IMG/VR virus record: IMGVR_UViG_3300024329_000007
Location: 15,937-79,936 of that record
Source: a virus
Strand: one strand, 5' to 3'
DNA length: 64,000 nt
The notes under the pieces were generated by a model, which did not search any database, was not told the DNA's origin, and saw nothing but the letters and a program-made list of their open reading frames with translations. Numbering within the stretch: position 1 is the first letter of the stretch; the number at the start of each line of letters is the position of its first letter. The translations under genes and the position numbers were made by a program. This document shows, piece by piece, positions 58,115 to 64,000 of the stretch.

Positions 58115-58714
58115 TTAAACCCATTCAGCACTATCTAATTCATCAGCACCGGGTCTATTTAATAAATCTTCTGCCCAATTTTTATCATTTGGCAATCTAC
58201 TACCTAAGAATTTCTCTATAGATTTTATATATTCGCCTTTTGTATGGAAATAAAATTGACCTTTACTATAAGTAGATCTATTAGTAAGTTCATAAAGTTC
58301 TTTTAACTTTATTTGTATGTGGAAAGTATTTATATTATTAAAGAGTTCTATTTGCTCTACTCGAGTCTTAGTACAAAATACAGAATCTACTAAAAGAAGA
58401 TAACTTTTCCAGTTTTTACCATTAAAGAGTTCTTCTTCAACCTGTTTTACTGTCGTATATCCCTCTCGCTTAACGTTAATTTTAGTATCTTTATTATTAA
58501 AGTCTTTTATAAACCTACCACCAAACATGTAATGTTTTAAGTAGTAAATATTATCATAAAAAGTTTTTACTCTAATTTGATACTGCGGATTTATGTCGTT
58601 AAATTTAACGTCGTAAATTGTAGCTCTTACTGGAAATAAAATGTTTGGGTTTTGTGTAGTAGATATAAGAGCATGTATGTTATCACCTTTAGCAAACAGC
58701 TGATGTTTAATCAT
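58115..58714 (-). CDS. Hypothetical protein
   Basis: 199-aa ORF in a tightly packed operon. Confidence 0.7.
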   Translation of the reverse strand: MIKHQLFAKGDNIHALISTTQNPNILFPVRATIYDVKFNDINPQYQIRVKTFYDNIYYLKHYMFGGRFIKDFNNKDTKINVKREGYTTVKQVEEELFNGKNWKSYLLLVDSVFCTKTRVEQIELFNNINTFHIQIKLKELYELTNRSTYSKGQFYFHTKGEYIKSIEKFLGSRLPNDKNWAEDLLNRPGADELDSAEWV

Positions 58715-59108
58715 TATCTATAAATCTAACATTATCAAACTTACTTAAGACGCCTTTTTTTGGATAGTCACATCTGTTAACTATAACAAGATCAAGTTCA
58801 ATGTTGGCATCTGTAATTTCACTAATAAATGATTTAAAGTTACCAACTGTTTCAGAATTTAAATCCTTAAACATGTAAATCATTTTTAATGGACGTTCTT
58901 CTGAAAGATTTTTAATAGCTTTATTAATCATCTTTCTAATATAGAGGGAAATAATCAAATTAGAAGGCTCTTTGTTGTATGGATCGCTTTTTACTAAACG
59001 ATTAAATACATCAAAATATGATACTGACACATCATAAGCGCTTGCTTTAGATAGTCTATCAAATTCAGTTCGTGTCTTACACCAAACGCCTTCTACTTTC
59101 AATATCAT
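58707..59108 (-). CDS. Hypothetical protein
   Basis: 133-aa ORF overlapping both neighbours. Confidence 0.7.
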   Translation of the reverse strand: MILKVEGVWCKTRTEFDRLSKASAYDVSVSYFDVFNRLVKSDPYNKEPSNLIISLYIRKMINKAIKNLSEERPLKMIYMFKDLNSETVGNFKSFISEITDANIELDLVIVNRCDYPKKGVLSKFDNVRFIDND

Positions 59109-59428
59109 TATTCTATTAGTGAGTTATACTTCTTGATTGTTTTTTCAAGAATCTTAACTTTATTTTTTAATTCAGATTGCGTTGGCATATATTGGTTCCC
59201 CCATTCTAATTTAAATATAAGCTTATCAGAATCTAGATCAGTGCCAGTATCTAGACCTAAATCTAGAATTAAATCATTTATAAATCTAGCTTGATTCTTT
59301 CTTTTATTAGAACCTTCAAATTCATAAACTCTTCTGGTAACATGCTCCTCACCACCTCCGTTTATATTATCGTCAATTAAAAATTTAACAAGGCCATTAT
59401 CTGCTGGCTCAATTGTAATCGTAATCAT
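59108..59428 (-). CDS. Hypothetical protein
   Basis: 106-aa ORF beginning MITITIEPADNG. Confidence 0.7.
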   Translation of the reverse strand: MITITIEPADNGLVKFLIDDNINGGGEEHVTRRVYEFEGSNKRKNQARFINDLILDLGLDTGTDLDSDKLIFKLEWGNQYMPTQSELKNKVKILEKTIKKYNSLIE

Positions 59429-59431
59429 ATA

Positions 59432-59824
59432 TTACTTAGTTCTTGTAGCTCTCATTTCAGCTACTTGTTTACGTAATGCTTTAGCTTTTTTCTTATCTGC
59501 TCTATAAGATTCTTTATCTTTAATAGTAGTAAGAGCCCATGCCTCTTCTAATAATTCTATTTCTTCTTTAACATAGCCTTGTCCGAACCAAGCTGATTTA
59601 GCAGCCTGTAATCTTTCTTCATAAAAAGTAGCCATTGCAGCTTCATGTTTATCCACATGCATTTGGTGAATCTTTCTACCATTCTCTAGGTTTTGCTGAC
59701 GAATCTGTTTTTTAACAGGATGGAAATAAGATAATTTGCTAATTGCTCCTAAAACCCCAGACTCTTTCATCTGCATTCTACGCATTCTTCTATTTGGTGG
59801 GATCTGTTGTGTTTGTTCTGCCAT
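59432..59824 (-). CDS. Basic hypothetical protein
   Basis: 130-aa ORF with PNRRMRR motif. Confidence 0.7.
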   Translation of the reverse strand: MAEQTQQIPPNRRMRRMQMKESGVLGAISKLSYFHPVKKQIRQQNLENGRKIHQMHVDKHEAAMATFYEERLQAAKSAWFGQGYVKEEIELLEEAWALTTIKDKESYRADKKKAKALRKQVAEMRATRTK

Positions 59825-60359
59825 TTTCGTAATAATTAGTTATAAAATTTGTAATTTGTTCTTTTAATTGTGCTTGTAGATTATTTATCTGATTTTCTAC
59901 AAGCAGCCCAATTTGAATATTAAGTTCTTCTCGATCTAAATCCATTTGATCTTGTAACATTTCATACACTGATTTAGATGGAATGTTTATTTCTACAGGC
60001 ATATTAGCCTTATTCTTCTTGCTAATTTTTTTTAGCATTTCCGTCATAACATTTAATTCAGCAACTTTAACTTCAGCAACTTTAACTGGAGTAGGTTGTA
60101 CGACATCTGTTTTTGATTTATTTGAAGTCGAAGTTCCAATGCCACCAAAATCTTTAGATATATTATTAGCCTGCTCAAGTGTACTTGCAGGTAATAACAT
60201 TTCATCTATTAATGTTTTATTAATTTTTGTACCATCTTTAAATAAAAGCCATTTAGAATCTTTTTTTTCATGATCCACTTCTACAACAGTTCCTACTTTT
60301 TCAGTTTTTGACCAAACATAAAATTGTTGAGAGGGTTTTGTTATTGTTGAATTTGCCAT
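59790..60359 (-). CDS. Hypothetical protein
   Basis: Start placed at MANSTIT to avoid overlap with the upstream gene. Confidence 0.7.
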   Translation of the reverse strand: MANSTITKPSQQFYVWSKTEKVGTVVEVDHEKKDSKWLLFKDGTKINKTLIDEMLLPASTLEQANNISKDFGGIGTSTSNKSKTDVVQPTPVKVAEVKVAELNVMTEMLKKISKKNKANMPVEINIPSKSVYEMLQDQMDLDREELNIQIGLLVENQINNLQAQLKEQITNFITNYYENGRTNTTDPTK

Positions 60360-60366
60360 ATTTTTT

Positions 60367-60579
60367 TTATTTAGTAGACGGCTTATTAGCCTTAATATCT
60401 TCATTATACTTCATGTTTATAAATTGTTTAATAAAGTTTGAAGATTCCTCAGGCCCAATGATAGCATCGGCTTTATTATATCTACGAATCCAATGTTTAG
60501 AAAACTCTTCGTTTCCCATGCTTAATAGTGACTCCTTTAAAGAATCAACATCCGGTAAAAATAGTTTATTAAATCCCAT
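60367..60579 (-). CDS. Small hypothetical protein
   Basis: Start MGFNKLFLP, downstream of AAAC-N16-TATAA at 60591-60615. Confidence 0.65.
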   Translation of the reverse strand: MGFNKLFLPDVDSLKESLLSMGNEEFSKHWIRRYNKADAIIGPEESSNFIKQFINMKYNEDIKANKPSTK

Positions 60580-60583
60580 AATT

Positions 60584-61171
60584 TTATTTTTTATATGTGT
60601 CAAAGAAAAAAGTTTGAAATAATCTTCCATCTTTTAAATTGTTCCCAAAATAGTTTAATGATGAGTGAAATAAATCACCATTGTAAATTACTAGTCTATT
60701 ATAAACATTACCAATAACATCTATAATTTCCCATTTAGCAGGATCTCCAGCATCATCATAAATTTTATCTGTTAACTCACGGTTAATTGTACCGTCGAGC
60801 AACCTTGGTATCTTATACAAGCCAGTTTCAATATGTTTAAATATTCCAGTACCAGCGTTTAGTGGTGCTTCAGGTGTTAAGTATAAAACTCCAGCCCAAT
60901 GATTATGCTCATCAGCATGAATCCAGCTTAAATCATCTTTAGTAGTATATTGAAACGAACCATTATACTCTTTGTTATTTTTCCAGTCTATGTTCCCATG
61001 AATTGAAGCCAAATGGTCTTCAATAAATTGCTTAGTACTTTCATTTAATATAGGCTCTGTTCTTGCCCCTGGAAAGTTTCCAGTAATATTAAACTCTTGT
61101 GTAAGTATATAATCCCTAACTTCATCTGGGTTAGTATAGAAGTCATCTATTATAATTGATGTATATGCCAT
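60584..61171 (-). CDS. 2OG-Fe(II) oxygenase (DUF6445-like)
   Basis: IIIDDFY.NPD, FPGART, WIHAD (HxD), AGVLYL, YNRLVIY...FHS, RLFQTFF. Confidence 0.8.
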   Translation of the reverse strand: MAYTSIIIDDFYTNPDEVRDYILTQEFNITGNFPGARTEPILNESTKQFIEDHLASIHGNIDWKNNKEYNGSFQYTTKDDLSWIHADEHNHWAGVLYLTPEAPLNAGTGIFKHIETGLYKIPRLLDGTINRELTDKIYDDAGDPAKWEIIDVIGNVYNRLVIYNGDLFHSSLNYFGNNLKDGRLFQTFFFDTYKK

Positions 61172-62904
61172 TATTTTATAGTTTTAATTCTCTCTTGAAA
61201 TGAAGGTGGAAAGAATCCCTGTTTATTTATCAAGCTTCTAAAGCAAGCATCCAGGACATAAGTTACTGCCCAATCATCTTTACTTCTTACAGATCTTCCA
61301 ACTCCTTGCATTATAGAAATACCAGTCTTCCAATCATACCACTCTTTTGAATGTTGCATTTTCGCTTTAATTAAAGGATCGCTTACATTAGGATAAGGAA
61401 CTTTAAAAAAGATTTGAAAGCGACTGATATCATCTTTTAAATCTAAGCCTTCAAGAAGAGATGGTCCCATAAGAACTGCATCATCTTTCTTTTTAAACAA
61501 TTCAATAATACCCTTCTTATCTTTTGAATTCTCATAGTCCATTAATCTAAATGTATGTTTAGAATTCTGTTTAATATAGTTTGCAAACATATAAGATCCA
61601 GTGTGAATAACTCCACGTTGACCAGAATGTTTAGATATAATTTGATCTAATATTTTAACTACCTTTGGTAGACTAGCCTCTCTTTCTCTAAATGAAAGTT
61701 TATGTCTATTTACAAATACAACCGGGGACTTATCATAATTAAATGCATTTGGAACTCTAATAAATTTAGCATTCTTAATCCCCATTATTTTTACAAATGC
61801 CCTTGGGTCTCCAATTGTTGCACTCATAAAAACTTTAAAGCCGGCTTTTTCATGTAAGTATTTTTGAATCATCTTACTCTCTTCAACACACATAAACTTA
61901 GCTTCATCTTCCATCTGGTTGATTACCATAGCCTCTGTGCCAACCTCTTTAATCAGGCCAACATAATCATCAAACTTACAATATACATCTTTAAGGCGGT
62001 CAAATACTGTCAATGCACTTGACCAATCTCTTGGTACTTCTCTATTCTTAAATCTTTTTGCTGCCTGGGCCTTTGTAATCTGAGCAGCCTTTCTATAAAC
62101 CTTAGCAATCTTTCTAAAATCTTGCATAACTTCAAATAGAGCAGGTTTACTTTTTTCGGTTAGCAACCTATTTACAATTGATTTAATGCTTCCTAGGGTT
62201 TGTATCGGAGTTCCAATATCTTGCTTCTGTATAAATCTATTAGCAAGTCCAAACTTATCTACAATACCAATATCTACTCTAGGGCTAAAATGCCCCTGTA
62301 CAATTTCATCAACTTTATGTGCCTCATCAAAGAAGACAAAGTCTCTAGATTTAAAAGGAACCTCTCTGCTATCTTGTAACATTCTATCCTCTACGTAGTT
62401 TCTTTGAATTAACCAAAATGCATAATTCAATAAAGCCACCGGTTGCTCTATAGAGCGCCTTCTATTTTGAAGGTATTCACATGAACTATAGCAAGAAAGC
62501 TTCTCAGCTTGTTCATAACCCATACCCTTGAGCTTACAATCACCAAGACTAAAAGGAAGACCGTTAACCGAACATTCATAATTATCAACACCACGAACTG
62601 AAGGCCATCTTAGGCCTAGTCGATAGAAATCGCTTTCATATTGATCTTGTAGTGAAAGGTCACTTGTAATAAGGTAGCCTCGGTTTCCAAGTTCTTTAAG
62701 TACATGTGCTGACCACATTGCAATTAAGGACTTACCAGCCCCAGTCGGAGCATCTACAACAAGAGTAGCATTTGGGTCATCAAGGTAACTATTACATATC
62801 GCTTCAATAATTTCTCGTTGGCCATCTCTAAAAGCAAAGTCCGTACCAAATACATTCTTAGCAAGAGAGTTGTCTATTATTTCTACTATAGTCCGTTCCA
62901 GCAT
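61171..62904 (-). CDS. DinG/XPD (Rad3)-like helicase
   Basis: APTGAGKS, four-Cys Fe-S region, DEAH, MSAT, EGLDL, KVPYP, QGVGRSVRS.DD. Confidence 0.88.
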   Translation of the reverse strand: MLERTIVEIIDNSLAKNVFGTDFAFRDGQREIIEAICNSYLDDPNATLVVDAPTGAGKSLIAMWSAHVLKELGNRGYLITSDLSLQDQYESDFYRLGLRWPSVRGVDNYECSVNGLPFSLGDCKLKGMGYEQAEKLSCYSSCEYLQNRRRSIEQPVALLNYAFWLIQRNYVEDRMLQDSREVPFKSRDFVFFDEAHKVDEIVQGHFSPRVDIGIVDKFGLANRFIQKQDIGTPIQTLGSIKSIVNRLLTEKSKPALFEVMQDFRKIAKVYRKAAQITKAQAAKRFKNREVPRDWSSALTVFDRLKDVYCKFDDYVGLIKEVGTEAMVINQMEDEAKFMCVEESKMIQKYLHEKAGFKVFMSATIGDPRAFVKIMGIKNAKFIRVPNAFNYDKSPVVFVNRHKLSFREREASLPKVVKILDQIISKHSGQRGVIHTGSYMFANYIKQNSKHTFRLMDYENSKDKKGIIELFKKKDDAVLMGPSLLEGLDLKDDISRFQIFFKVPYPNVSDPLIKAKMQHSKEWYDWKTGISIMQGVGRSVRSKDDWAVTYVLDACFRSLINKQGFFPPSFQERIKTIK

Positions 62905-63392
62905 ATAACTTCATTTACTTCTATTCCTGCTTTTTCTAATAGTGTAACGCCACTCATATCTCTATAATCTTCAGAGAAATAAACTCGTTTAATGCCTGCC
63001 TGTATAATTAATTTTGCACAATCAAAACAAGGAGCTGTTGTAGTATATAGATCTGCTCCGTTTGATGTCATTGTGGATTTTGCTAATTTAGTAATAGCGT
63101 TTGATTCTGCATGTAGAACCTCTTTTTTAGTAACTTGTTTAGAGCAACATCCGCTTTCACACTCATATCCCTTTTCAATTAGGATTTCCATGTGATCTGG
63201 ATTGTCTACATTTCTAGTTTGAGTTTCTTCACATTGATTATTAAATCCATGTGGAGTTCCATTGTAACCAAACGAAACTATTTGCTCATCTTTAACAATT
63301 ATACAACCAACACGTCTTCGCTCTGCATAACTCAGCTTGGCCGTTTGGTAGGCCATTTGCATATAAACTTTATCTACTGATATTCTTGGCAT
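62886..63392 (-). CDS. cd: dCMP deaminase
   Basis: VGCIIVK, GYNGTP, HAESNA, PCFDCAK; start placed at MPRISVD. Confidence 0.92.
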   Translation of the reverse strand: MPRISVDKVYMQMAYQTAKLSYAERRRVGCIIVKDEQIVSFGYNGTPHGFNNQCEETQTRNVDNPDHMEILIEKGYECESGCCSKQVTKKEVLHAESNAITKLAKSTMTSNGADLYTTTAPCFDCAKLIIQAGIKRVYFSEDYRDMSGVTLLEKAGIEVNEVICWNGL

Positions 63393-63406
63393 AAGTGTAT
63401 TATAAT

Positions 63407-63439
63407 AAAAAAGGTTCATGTGTTATACATGAACCTTTT
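63407..63439. terminator. Hairpin terminator (possibly bidirectional) overlapping a promoter-like motif
   Basis: aaaaggttcatgt...acatgaacctttt inverted repeat downstream of the stop at 63477. Confidence 0.7.
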
Positions 63440-63476
63440 AAAAAGTTTAATTCAATGATACTTAAACTATCTTAGT

Positions 63477-64000
63477 TTATTTAGCAGACCAAGCCTCTTT
63501 CATTTCGTCAATTTTATTACAAAAAGCCTCTTTCATTTCATTACAAGCAGCTTCATAAGTCTCTGTAGTCATATCTGCTTCTTTAACTTCTGAACAAGCA
63601 GCCTCATACATTTCTGTAATCATACCTGCATTTAATGAAGACATTTCTTTAACATAAGATTCAACTGTATGTTCTGTATAATCATCACCTTCATAAGTAC
63701 ATGCTTCTGAACAAGCAGCCTCATATACTTCTTTTAATAATTCAGATGCTGGTTTAGGATCTTTAACTTCAATGTCATCATCGTCATCATCGTCATCGTC
63801 ATCGTCATCATCGTCATCATCGTCGTCATCTTCCGAATCATCATCGTCATCATCATCGTCGTCATCTTCTTCCGAGTCATCCTCATCTTCAATTTCCTCA
63901 TCTTCAATTTCATCTTCTTGTCCTGTGGTTTCACAAACACAAGGTTCCTCATCACAAGTATCACAAGATTCTTCAAGTGCGTCTGTGTTTTCAAGTTCTT
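63477..64000 (-). CDS. Highly acidic protein, 5' end outside window (possible prohead core/scaffold-type)
   Basis: Open frame not in the ORF track: ...EESCDTCDEEPCVCE...poly-Asp...YEAAC x3...KEAWSAK*. Confidence 0.7.
   Translation of the reverse strand, partial: ELENTDALEESCDTCDEEPCVCETTGQEDEIEDEEIEDEDDSEEDDDDDDDDDDSEDDDDDDDDDDDDDDDDDDDIEVKDPKPASELLKEVYEAACSEACTYEGDDYTEHTVESYVKEMSSLNAGMITEMYEAACSEVKEADMTTETYEAACNEMKEAFCNKIDEMKEAWSAK

Noticed and set aside
4841-63380. Numerous 60-140 aa plus-strand ORFs and short nested minus-strand ORFs
   Set aside because: They are antisense or off-frame shadows of long genes with recognisable motifs; only 48416-48634 and 48655-49812 have their own signals.
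63734-63994. ORF-track 86-aa Met/Thr-rich protein
   Set aside because: Off-frame reading of the GAT/GAC poly-Asp tract; the frame ending at 63477 is the plausible gene.
1-64000. Stop-codon reassignment (TAG to Gln) as in some Bacteroidota megaphages
   Set aside because: Conserved genes are full length under the standard code and coding density is high; TAG ends primase, the tail fibre and dCMP deaminase at sensible positions.
1-64000. tRNA, rRNA, introns, inteins, integrases or transposases
   Set aside because: Intergenic gaps are short and AT-rich with no cloverleaf seen by eye; helicases and primase are normal length; no mobile-element motifs recognised. A covariance-model scan was not possible.

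Overview
AT-rich, gene-dense segment of a large T4-like (contractile-tailed) jumbo-phage genome, almost all on the minus strand and read with the standard code. Start contexts are A-rich and lack Shine-Dalgarno motifs, and an early promoter resembles the Bacteroidota TAnnTTTG element, so a Bacteroidota host is inferred. In window order: a putative DNA base-hypermodification cluster (1-2585); small early genes including an ArfA-like peptide absent from the ORF track; a block of proteins with T4-like capsid-targeting leaders (4.5-13.6 kb); replication/recombination genes (UvsW, UvsY, primase, gp32, RuvC-like); tail, fibre, baseplate and neck genes (19-58 kb) interrupted by an amidoligase, a ribosomal protein S1 homologue and a plus-strand CCA-adding enzyme; then a 2OG-Fe(II) oxygenase, a DinG-like helicase and dCMP deaminase. 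The most striking signal is a pair of apparent polyproteins (971 and 690 aa). Each is a string of small domains joined by an ES(V)V(T/N)E linker that is conserved at DNA level and resembles a prohead-protease site. This suggests head-packaged, protease-released, shuffleable effector arrays. Three candidate promoter classes are readable from the sequence. All family assignments come from motif recognition by eye, not database searches.
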